A DNA stretch of 63,361 bases, counting the filler, from Octopus bimaculoides (Eukaryota), in NCBI RefSeq assembly GCF_001194135.2. It is 8 parts of 7 records of this genome, joined end to end, with 100 filler letters (N's around TTAATTAATTAA, not from the genome) between each part and the next. Parts side by side here need not be neighbours in the genome. Positions count along the whole stretch, not along the records: positions 26,628 to 34,020 come from NC_068989.1; positions 34,121 to 38,218 come from NC_069004.1; positions 38,319 to 51,321 come from NC_068987.1; 5 more parts are not named here. One strand, 5' to 3'. The notes below the pieces were generated by a model. It did no database searches, was not told the origin of the DNA, and saw only the letters and a list, made by a program, of their open reading frames with translations. Both the position numbers and the translations under genes were made by a program. This document shows, piece after piece, positions 28,618 to 40,522 of this stretch (position 1 is its first letter; every line of letters starts with the position of its first letter).

Positions 28618-29139
28618 NNNNNNNNNNNNNNNNNNNNNNNNNNNNNNNNNNNNNNNNNNNNNNNNNNNNNNNNNNNNNNNNNNNNNNNNNNNNNNNNNNN
28701 NNNNNNNNNNNNNNNNNNNNNNNNNNNNNNNNNNNNNNNNNNNNNNNNNNNNNNNNNNNNNNNNNNNNNNNNNNNNNNNNNNNNNNNNNNNNNNNNNNNN
28801 NNNNNNNNNNNNNNNNNNNNNNNNNNNNNNNNNNNNNNNNNNNNNNNNNNNNNNNNNNNNNNNNNNNNNNNNNNNNNNNNNNNNNNNNNNNNNNNNNNNN
28901 NNNNNNNNNNNNNNNNNNNNNNNNNNNNNNNNNNNNNNNNNNNNNNNNNNNNNNNNNNNNNNNNNNNNNNNNNNNNNNNNNNNNNNNNNNNNNNNNNNNN
29001 NNNNNNNNNNNNNNNNNNNNNNNNNNNNNNNNNNNNNNNNNNNNNNNNNNNNNNNNNNNNNNNNNNNNNNNNNNNNNNNNNNNNNNNNNNNNNNNNNNNN
29101 NNNNNNNNNNNNNNNNNNNNNNNNNNNNNNNNNTATATA

Positions 29140-29480
29140 CAGGGTGCAATGTGTAAATTGTCGCCATTTTGTAATTTTTAAATTCGCGTATGCGCATGGC
29201 TTTTTTATTATTTCGTCGACTACACAGTAAGGAAGGGACAGTTGGGTGCCGTCTGTGAAATAAACAGCACAATGACACAATTCATTCTGCCACAAATTAG
29301 GAAACGACTTGCAGTATTGCTTAGCATTCGCGCCGGAAGCTTCAATACGAACAGATGATGAGCACAGAACAACCGTTGGGCTTGCTGTGTCCACAAAACA
29401 TCTACCGAGAATGATAAAAATCAAAAATCCAGTCAACATCATGGTGTTTGGAGTGATCACTTGTGATGGCGACGTTAGCC
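29140..29480 (+). mobile_element. Internally deleted Tc1/mariner-superfamily transposon (left end plus transposase pieces)
   Basis: TA|CAGGGTG terminus. ATG at 29272 gives MTQFILPQIRKRLAVLLSIRAGS, then NNRWLAVS...KNPVNIMVFGVITCDGDV, similar to DD37D-like transposases. Confidence 0.7.
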
Positions 29481-30619
29481 AACCAGAATGCTTGGCTACC
29501 GTCGGGCATACACAAGTGATGTCTTTCAATAAGTAGACAATCAGGTATTCCACCTATGGCTTAAAACCTACATATACAAAGCAATATCAGCTTGGAAATA
29601 GTTCAAGTTCCATATTTGAATGAGCAAAGCAAATGCCGAACAATTCTGTCTTACACAAAATGATACATCTTATAACAAGAATTTTTCTTACAGTTGCAAT
29701 TTCTTGCGTTGGAGCAAGGACTGTAATAAAGTAGCGACTTCGGTGTGAGAGAGTAATCTCCAGATTTTGTATGAGTACATCGTTCACTTTATGCCATCGA
29801 CTCCAATTTGGGGGAAAGTGAGGGGGTTTTTTTATGCAATGTTGCTATTCTGATATTTATTGTTCTATATATATTTAACTATACTTATTGTTTTTATTGA
29901 ACTCTTTCTCTTACTCTATGAACATCCGCTATTTGTTTCGCATTTTGTCTTCGTACTGCTTGTAATGCTATTAGCCAATTAATTAAATCATTATCATTAC
30001 CATCACCATTTTCTTAATTTGTCCTCGCATCCGTCGTTTTTCTCGCAAAATGTAAAATTATTATCATTGCTGTTACTACTACCATTACTACTATTCTTGT
30101 TTCGATAGTTTAATGCTAGTTTTTACTGCATCAACCGGGGCATCTCTAAGTGCCTATGATGTGTGCTGCATTGTGTTCGGTTCGTTTTGTTATAGGATTT
30201 AGTTTCTAGACTGGTTTCAATTTTTGGCATAATGCCAATAAGTTCGGTTGAAGAGGTAAGTCAATTACATCGACCCTAATGCTCAACTTGCATTTATTTG
30301 AAAAGTAAAGTCGACCTCGGCGGAATTTGAATTCAGAACGTAAGGTCGGACGAAATACAGATAAGCATTTTGCCCGACGTGCTAACGAATCTGCCAGTTC
30401 GCCGCTTTAGTTCCTTGTTATTTTAGTGTTTGCTCAGTTGTGTGTGGTGTGTATAATGTGGATTGCATCATTTTTTGTGCCTTAATCTTGTATAGAACAT
30501 GTTGCACAAGCTCTGTTGTTTTAAATTATTAGGTTTTTCTTGTATAATGTGTGTGTGTGTTGTGTGTGAAGATTGTTCTATTTGAGCTATTCTATTGAAC
30601 TGATAATCTACTGCGCAAG

Positions 30620-31916
30620 GTGTAGGCTGTTCCCAGCAGGGCTCTTTTGGGAAACATAGTGTAGTATTTTAATCCCTGTTGTGGTTTTTAAGCTTTATTT
30701 CAAATTTTTAATATTGTATCCAATACTCCAGCTCCCAGTGGTATTGTTTTTACCCTCATGCCCCACTGATTGAATATTTCAATTTCAAGGTCCTTGTATT
30801 ATCCTTAACGTCTTGCGTATTCCTTTCAAATTGTCCATGCATTCTCGTTTCAAGGTCTTCTTTTGTCTTCTCCTCCGCACTTTAATTAAACTATTCCTTG
30901 CCCATCATTTCATCTGCATTTACACCCATATCTTTCGTGGCATATTGCAGCAGGTTTTCATCACTATTTATTAAATGCTCGGCAAGCGTTCTCCTTTCAC
31001 CCCTTATACAATGGTCTATACTAATTAGTCCTCTGCCACCATTCTTTCTTTTCATATACAGTCTGTTTACGTTTGCTTTAGGATGTAGCACCACATGCAG
31101 CGTCATCAACGCCCTCGTCCTTCTATCCAGGGTTGACATTTCCTCCTTAGCTCATTGGAGGATGGACGCACTATATCTGACCACCGCAACTGCCCAGATA
31201 TTCATTGCGCAAGACTTTCACAAGCACTAACAATGTGAGTTACGCTTTCAACCCTCTTCCCGCACATTCTTCAGAGGTCCGTTGCACTTGTGTGGTATAT
31301 ATCCCTTTTCACTGAGTTGGTATTCAATGCCTGATCCGGTAGCAGGTCTTGTTTGCTGTTTACCAAATATTCTGCCATGTTTCTTCTTTCCCTGCTGATG
31401 CACTCCCGTAAGCTAATCAACCCACGTTCACCTATACCCTCTTCATGTAGTGCCTTAAGATGGAGGGCACCATGCATTGTCATTGTCTTTCGGGTAGAGC
31501 TTTCGAGTTGGTTAATCTCCGCTTGTGTCCATTTCAGTACGGGTGCACTATAGCCGACTACACCAACAGCCCATATGTTGATAGCAGTTACAAGATTCCT
31601 TGAGTTGAGTTTTGATTTCAAGAGAAACGTGAGGCACTTGAATATGCAGTGATGAACTTGTCTTTCATTTCCCTGAGCAAGATATTGTTTAGCTCCAGGA
31701 TCCTGAGGTACTTGTACCCATCATCATCCGAGTCTTCCATTCGCTCTCCGTTTGGCAATTCTATGCCCCCACAATCTGCACTTTTCCTGCGCTTCAAAGT
31801 GAGCACCGCACGCACACTTCAAGATACCGAATTCCATCCCTATATCTTTGCTGCACATCCGCAGTCTCAACCAGCCTCTCCATTTCAGGCTCTGTTTTTG
31901 CGAACAGTTTTAAATC

Positions 31917-31917
<1 letters not shown>
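30620..31917 (-). mobile_element. R4/Dong-like (restriction-like endonuclease) non-LTR retrotransposon fragments
   Basis: DLKLFAK...SKDIGMEFG; GIELPNGERMEDSDDDGYKYL; KSKLNSRNLVTAINIWAV...; LHPKANVNRLYMKRKNGGRGLISI; KYKDLEIEI..QWG; ALLGTAY.LR. Confidence 0.8.

Positions 31918-31988
<71 letters not shown>
31918..31988. repeat. (TTA)n microsatellite abutting the 5' truncation point of the LINE
   Basis: Seen directly in the sequence. Confidence 0.95.
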
Positions 31989-31990
<2 letters not shown>

Positions 31991-32326
31991 CTTTTATCCC
32001 TTTATCCCTTCGGGGATCGATAAATTAAGTACCAGTGAAACAATGAGGTCGATGTAATCGACTAGTCTCCTCCCATCAAAATTTCAGGCGTTGTGCCTTT
32101 AGTAGAAATGATTATGATTGTAACGGGGCTCCGAGTCGTTAGCACGTCACAAAAATGCTAAGCAGCATTTTTTCTTGCTTTTTATGTTCTGAATTCAAAT
32201 TTCACCGTGGGCGATTTTGCCCTTTATCCTTTCGGAGTCGGTAAAATACGTACCATTTGAGCATTGAACTCGATATAATCGACCGACCCCTCGCCTAAAA
32301 TTTCAGGTCTTATGCCTATTGTAGGA

Positions 32327-32379
<53 letters not shown>

Positions 32380-33060
32380 TTCACCTAATTAATGTGTATA
32401 CTGTGATGTTGCGCGGTTATGGAGGGTTGCAGTGTATTGCAGTGGAGAAGAGTGAAATAGAACTGAAGCAAGATGTCGTCACGTGCTTCTTTGTTTGTCG
32501 TCTTTTTGATTTTGTCTTTCTTTTAATACTGCCGCTCTTCATTGTCAGGTGCCCCGTGATACCTCACACCTACCAACCCATCGATCTACTTACCTACGCC
32601 ACATACATAGCTCCTTATTAACCTACCTACAAGCCTATCTACCTACTTAACTATCTATCTATCTACTTGGCTACTTATCTTTCATTCTAACTGTCTGGCT
32701 GTGATATTCATAGAAGATACCTCTAAACGGTCAATTTCATCTTAATTAATAACTGTTTTTATTTCTCGGTAAACACTTTTCTCACTTCAATGACAAGAAA
32801 GACGTCATCCGACTGACTTTTCAATATTGTACGGATGTATGGCTGGGGTGTTAAGACTTTATTCTTCTCGTTTACAATGGACAAGCGCTTCCTGCCTTCC
32901 GGTAATGGTCCCCATACAATAATGGCATTCACATTTCTTATTGTCACTTTCAACAACTTTTTCTTGCGTTACTTTGTCTCCGTATCTGTTTGTAAGTTTG
33001 TGTGCGTGTATGTTTGTGTGTGCGTGTGTGTGAGTGTGTGTAAATGTGTGTATCCATTAC

Positions 33061-33144
<84 letters not shown>

Positions 33145-33270
33145 NNNNNNNNNNNNNNNNNNNNNNNNNNNNNNNNNNNNNNNNNNNNNNNNNNNNNNNN
33201 NNNNNNNNNNNNNNNNNNNNNNNNNNNNNNNNNNNNNNNNNNNNNNNNNNNNNNNNNNNNNNNNNNNNNN

Positions 33271-33330
<60 letters not shown>

Positions 33331-33598
33331 TGTGTGTGTGTGCATATAAATGGCTATACATGTATATACATTTATATATCTATATATACATATATATATA
33401 TTTTTTCATATAAGAAAAAAGAAAATGAATATGTATATATATATGTATATGCACACACATAAATATACATACATATACAGATACATATATATACGCATAT
33501 AGATATGTATATACATATATATGAGTGTGTATATGTGTAAGTATATATGTGTGTATATATATAGATATAGATGTATATAATAACTATTCATACACACA

Positions 33599-33643
<45 letters not shown>

Positions 33644-33703
33644 TGATAGAAAAGACAACAAAACAAAGAAAGAGATCTCGATATTACGTAAATAGAGGAA
33701 TTT

Positions 33704-33872
33704 ATCTGTAAAAATATGTGACAATTATTCGATAGCCATGATAAAACTCCGAGTTTCGGATGCCGGGGCAACGGCCAGATAACTGAAGAGATGGTGGCGT
33801 GGGCTTCCGCCCCGGCATTGGATAATCGGAGTTTTATCATGGCTGCTGAATAATTGTCATATTTTTACAGAT
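33704..33872. mobile_element. Fold-back repeat with a degenerate hammerhead-like core
   Basis: Arms ATCTGTAAAAATATG..ACAATTATTC..AGCCATGATAAAACTCCGA and their reverse complement; CTGAAGA-GATG inside. Confidence 0.65.
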
Positions 33873-33893
33873 ATATATATGTGTCTGTGTGTA

Positions 33894-33938
<45 letters not shown>

Positions 33939-34429
33939 ATTTATTATTATTATTATCATTATTATTATTATTATTATCATTATTATTATTATTATTATTT
34001 TATGTTTGACTTTTGTTTTGNNNNNNNNNNNNNNNNNNNNNNNNNNNNNNNNNNNNNNNNNNNNTTAATTAATTAANNNNNNNNNNNNNNNNNNNNNNNN
34101 NNNNNNNNNNNNNNNNNNNNATATATAGGCGCAGGCGTGGCTGTGTGGTAAGAAACTTGCTTCCCAACCACATGGTCCCGGGTTCAGTCCCACTGTGTGG
34201 CACCTTGACCAAGTATCTTCTACGATGGCCTTGGGTCGACCAAAGCCTTGAAACAATCTCTGGGATGTCAGTTTCTGCTCTCGTTATAATTTGATAATGT
34301 TGGTGTTTCGTGATGGTGGTGGTGGTGGTGGTGTTGATAATGTTGATGATGTTTACAGTGTTGATGAGTTGCTATTTCCATTTACAATCGTTAGTATTGG
34401 TCTTTTAAGGGGCACTAATAAGACAATTG

Positions 34430-34933
34430 GGATCTTTTTTTAAAACGGGGGCCACATTTTTCATTAACGAAACACTTTGAAACTTGGAACACTGGTAGAA
34501 TGTGTCATATAAAACATCTTTTTCTCTTAGTCTTCTTTAAAAAAAAAGAAATCCATAAATTATTCCATGCTAAAGTTGTCGTATTTCTGTAATTTCAACC
34601 AATCACTGACGTCCATTCAGCCGATATACATTAAGTGCCGACTACATAAACAAACGATTCTGAAACAATTAACCNNNNNNNNNNGCAAATAAAACGAAGA
34701 ATCGTTTGTTTATGTAGTCGGCACTTAATGTATATCGGCTGAATGGACGTCAGTGATTGGTTGAAATTATCGAAATAAGACAATTTTTTACATGAAATAA
34801 ATTCGAATCCAAAAATATTTTTCTGTTCTATAACACAAAATAGATAAGTATACGAAGTTTGAAAGTCTTTCGGTACCAAAAACACTACGTAAAACATTAA
34901 TGAAAGATGTGGCCCCCGTTTTAAAAAAGATCC
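34430..34933. mobile_element. MITE with GG termini and an 8-bp TSD (Merlin-like), with a long internal palindrome
   Basis: TIRs GGATCTTTTTT(T)AAAACGGGGGCCACAT; TSD GACAATTG at 34422-34429 and 34934-34941. Internal inverted arms at ~34587-34660 and ~34695-34768. Confidence 0.75.
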
Positions 34934-37900
34934 GACAATTGTTGTTGCTGCTGTTTTCTTGGTGGTGGTGGTGGTAGTGGTGTTAGTATTGGTGGTGGTT
35001 GCGGCGGTGGTAGTCGAGTTCTATTGAAAATTTTGTGAACTTCCACGTCTACCTGCCGCCATCAGTCAACCAATCAATCACTCAATCATCTGTAATACTT
35101 AATAACGGCGCCGTTAATCAATCAATAAATTAAAGTTTTCCACACTAAAAACCGGCAAAATGGACGACTATTTTCTTTTTACTGTCATAAATATTTTACT
35201 CTGCCAAGAAACAGTCGCTGGGATGTCTGTTTCTGCTCTCGTTATGATTTCTACCGCTGAAAACAACAAATCCGGCAGAGGATGTCTACCTTTCTAATTT
35301 TCATTAGCATCTCAGAAAGAGGGCGACGGCGCGTGGCCAAGCAGTTAGTGTGTTGCTCTCACGACCGCAAGGTCGTGGTCTCGATTCCCAGATCAGGTTG
35401 TACGTTGTGATCTTGAACAGAAACACTTTCTTTCACGTTACTTCAGTCTACTTGGCTGCAAGTAGTGAATTCTGCGACCAACTGGAGAATGGTGTGATCT
35501 AAGTCACCTATACACAATGGAAGGACAGTAACTAATCGCAGGACTCGAGACATTAGTGTCCACAGATATTAAAAATTACTAACATTGACAACTAAATTTC
35601 GTTCATGTACTGCTTCTGTAATTGTTTTCCCTCCATGAAAGAAACTATTCAATACCTGAAACTAATAGAAGCCATTTTGTTGTTATGTATTGTCTCCTAG
35701 CGGAGAGTTAGTAAAGGGAGATAATCATTTTGTTCTTATAAACTCTTATAAATCTCAAACCAATGAGAGACCCTCTAATATGGTTAGTAAATTTCCTTGA
35801 AATCATACACTAATTGTGCTTAAAGAAACGCATTTGATAATGTAATTTCATTTTGTTTCAAATGCCTATCTTTCATTGATAGAACTGCGGCAAAGCTGGG
35901 TGTTCAACGCTTTCAAGGGTTTTTTAGTCGAAAAATCAACCCTAGTATTATGTGATTATTTTTTAAAGACTGGTAGTTATTCTCTCGTTCTTTTTTGCTG
36001 AACTGCTAAGTCACGAAATGTAAACACGCTTACGCCGGTCGTCGAGCGATCGTAGGGGACAAATACAGACACAAAGACATACACTCACACAAACACAGAC
36101 CTATACACACATACACACATACACACACGGAACACACACACACATATACATACACACACATACATACACATATGTAAGATGTACTTTGAATGTCCGTTCC
36201 GTCGAACAAATCCACTCACAAGTCTTTGGTTGGCCGGAAGCTATAATAGAAGACACATGCCACGTAATGGGACTGAATCCTGGAATCACATGGTTCGGAA
36301 GCAAGCTTGTTACCGCACAGACACGCCTGCACCTATTATCAACTGCAATAAACCTGAGGCCTTTTTTCTGTCGTGAATTTTGTGAGATTTATGTCCCTCC
36401 TAGACAGACCTATTCCGGAATGTTTCAGATTTGTGCCGCATAAACGATGGCTTTTCTATCTTTATTCAGCTTCCGATTGTTCATTGCGCTTCAGGCCTGA
36501 AACGGAGTGTTTTACATATGGTTGCGATTTATTTCGTTCTCGCTTCTCCCTTGCCTGGTGTCAATGGCTGCCCGCAGAAATAAAAGCTGGTTTCTGTTTT
36601 TGTAGAGATACACCATCGTTCTCAAAGATAGATCTTACCTTCTTTGGCAGAACCATAACTTTATATTTTTCACGTCTCAGATGTTTACTTTCCAAATGGT
36701 CAACCCCTGCTTTCATCCATAGAATATCATTTAAGCTAGCTCCTACCTCATTGGTTTCTCCTTTCGATCTTACTGTTGCGAAAGCCTTGAAGTCACCAGT
36801 ATAGAGATAAAACTGCTCGTTTTCATAGGCGTTGAGCCACGTCACCGATGAAGCTTGCAAACAGAATTGGAACAAGTATCAAACCCCGAATCAAAAATAA
36901 CTTTGCCGGATTATAGATTAAGGTTGCCTCGATGCCATCATAGTAGCTTCCAGTAAGGGTTTTAAGGTCGAGCGCGAATTTGCAGAAAGCCACAACGAAC
37001 CTTGCTAGCAATACCAAGAAACCCTGAGACAAGCAAAGTGCAAGATGTCAGGCTCAGTATAGCAATGGATTTTATATACGAGTTAACCTTCTCCTAGAGG
37101 GATACCTTGATGAAGACTACGCTCTCAGACAACAGCCCAAGTGTTTCTACGTCACGTCGTATAAATAGGTAAATAAATACGTATATACATACATACATTC
37201 ATACATACATCATGTATCCTGTTGTTGATGTTGAAATTCTAATGAAGGAGCCTTGGATCTAGATTAGAAACCGGTCTTTCTCTTATGGCAAGAAATCTTG
37301 AAATAAAACTGAACAATGACATAATACATACATACATACATACATACATACATACATACATACATACATACATACATACATACATACATACATGCCTAGT
37401 CAAATCAAATAAACGAACAACAGAATTAACAATAGCAAACGAGAGGACGTGCACAAAAGAATGTATTAGTTTGACGCTCAGTAAAAAGCTGTCATTTTCG
37501 ATAAGCCTGGATTTTCAGAAAAAGAGACCAACCGATTCGCACGTCACAAATACAATCTGTAAGCGGAACAATAAAACTGTGCAAGACTTTTCTGAAGGTC
37601 TAAATGTGACATTGTTGTCGTTATCTACATCTTTGTTAAAAACCAGCTCCTTTGTCGCAGGAAGAATTTAAATAAAAAAGAAAGAAAAAAAAACAACAGA
37701 AAAGAACACACATAGATGCATACATCGGTATATGCCACGACATATATGTATATATACGTATATATGTACATATATGTATATATATATACATATATGTACA
37801 TATATGTATATATACATATATGTATATATACTTATATGTATATATATATGTATATATATACATATATCTATATATATGTATATATATACATATATGTATA

Positions 37901-38339
37901 TATGCATATATATATACATATATGTATATATATATATATATATATANNNNNNNNNNTGTATATACATATATGTATATATATATATATATATGCATATAGA
38001 TATATATATATACATACATATATATATGTGTATATACATACATATATATATCTGTCTATACATACATATATATATCTGTCTATACATACATATATATATC
38101 TGTATATACATACATATATATCTGTATATACATATATATATGTGTATATACATACATATATATATGTGTATATATATATATATATACACATATATATGTG
38201 TATATATATATATATATANNNNNNNNNNNNNNNNNNNNNNNNNNNNNNNNNNNNNNNNNNNNTTAATTAATTAANNNNNNNNNNNNNNNNNNNNNNNNNN
38301 NNNNNNNNNNNNNNNNNNAGCTGGTGTACGTAGAAATCA

Positions 38340-38712
38340 TGTTAATGATATTGGCGACGTCGGTGGCGAATCTTGTAGTTCGTAGTTGAAGTGGTGTTGA
38401 CGTCAGTGGCGATGCTGGTGGCAGTAGTCTTAGAGTCGTGTTGCTGCTGTACTTGTTGTAGTTGAACGAAGCTGTGCCTGTTGTCGCTGGCTGCTGCTGC
38501 TGTGTGGTACACGGAACAGGTCCCTAAGAGATCTGAACCGAGACGAATTTGCCGGGTATAATTTGGGCTATTTATAGTTGATGGTAGGCTCCCGAAGGCA
38601 TCAGAAAAACACTCCATCACGTCACCTTATTAGGAGCTGTGGTTGGTCAGTTTGCGTTCTGGCGGGAACGGTTCGAAGCAGTTGCCGCTTCAAGTAATAA
38701 TCAGTCACGTGA
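38340..38712 (-). promoter_or_regulatory. Candidate core promoter and 5' UTR of a minus-strand gene
   Basis: TATAAATA at 38576-38569 (within the MEF2-consensus CTATTTATAG), CRE-like TGACGTGA at 38624-38617, E-box TCACGTGA at 38705-38712 and full CRE TGACGTCA at 38398-38405. An ATG-free leader runs to AACATG at 38340. Confidence 0.4.
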
Positions 38713-38870
38713 TGACAGGGAAATATGTTTTCTACTACGGCCGATCTTGAATATATTTATAACAGCAAGAGAAGATGGCTTCTTTGTATACAATGGCGAT
38801 CGAGGTGTTAGTTTCACTACATATCTATACGTGTATATACATGCATACATATATTTATACGTGTATATAC

Positions 38871-38901
<31 letters not shown>

Positions 38902-39776
38902 TATATATACACATATATATAGTCCAGTTGAAATCTAATGGGTTAAGTTGTAGACAAATGGACTTCAGATACGGCCGTCGAAATACATCTCATATGGTGC
39001 TATAACCCTCTATAAACATTTCTTTTGAACTCTTAAAACAAATTTATCCTTATTATTTCTCTGACTTTTGAATCCATCATTTAACGCCGTCGATGTATCT
39101 TCTAACTCACAAGGCATTAGTCGAGCCAAGTTTATTAGTATTAGACACTTGCCCCAAATGCCGCGCAGTGGGAACGCATTCATAAAGGTCATCTTTTTGT
39201 TTTTTAGTGATATTGTTAACAATGTACTTGCCTTGTCAATATGCTTAACTAGCGATCAGTTGACTTACTTAGACACAGAAAGCATCCCTGAAAATTTCCT
39301 TTCTCTTATTTACTATTTTCTGTTGTTTAGCTCCAAGTCCTTGCTAATCTAGCCAGCCTAGGAACAAAGGCTTTCCAGTCTTATTTCTTCAATATTCCTC
39401 GCCCCCGAAATTATCTAAGACTGCATTATCCAACATATCTTTCCTTTTTCAAGACAGTAGAGTTTTGTTTGAGGGAGATTTAGCTGTTATTTCAGGCAGA
39501 TGAGTGATTGTATAACGGCTCTCTTTTTGTCTCGTTCATCTATCAGTTTATCTGTCTTTCTATCTATCTGCGTATCTACACATCTTGCTGTTTATCTATC
39601 TGTACTGACCCCAAGACCTTCCCTTCGACTTTTGACTTTTATTACTGTAGAAATGACAAGAATGTCCAGCCAACCGCTGTCGACAGACAAGTCCCATAAT
39701 GATAGTTTGCATCGTAATGTGTGAAACTCTCAAGTCACAAAAACACGATAACGTGACAACTACGTGTGTGTGTGCT

Positions 39777-39829
<53 letters not shown>

Positions 39830-40522
39830 GTTTGCTGTCGAGTTTTTACCCTAGTGATTTTCTATATTTTATCTTGTACTTTATCTCTATGCGGTGTATC
39901 GTGTTTTATAAGTTGCTGGCATTTCTAATCGTTCTTGGTATTGTAGAACATTACACTTGGTTAACAATGCTGTTGCAGACTCACGCGTGACTTATCTTGA
40001 TGTTTATCACAGGTCATACGTGCACTAGCGTAGCTGGGGGGAGGGAGACGGTACTTTTAGGTCTGCTGTAGGCAATATGTGTTTTTTGTAAGTTCCAGGA
40101 GCGGCATACACTCTAGCTGCGCTAGTGCATCAGACTATAGCACTTGTCTTTCTCGTTTTTCTGTTTTTTTGTCGGCAGAGGATATCCCTCGAAAGGGCTG
40201 TGCTCTTTCCCTCGATATTTTAATACGATATTTTCTTTAACAGTGCCGGCTTGATCATCATCCACCACTACCATTTTTAAAAAAATCACTTATAGATGGT
40301 GGGTTGGCAGAACAGTAAGTGCATCGGACAAAACTCCTGTAGTATTTAGTTACAGTCCATCATGAGTACAAATTCTACCGAGATCAACTTTGCTATTCAT
40401 TATTTTGAAGTTCATAAAATAACTTACCAATCAACTACTGGGATCGATTTAATAGACTATATCTTACCTTTAAATTTAATATTCTGACGAAGAATCCTAA
40501 AAGCCAATAGAATTATAATAGG

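Noticed and set aside
37636-38274. YIYI-, HTHT- and CVCV-rich ORFs here and throughout the window
   Set aside because: These are translations of (TA)n, (CA)n and (TACA)n microsatellites.
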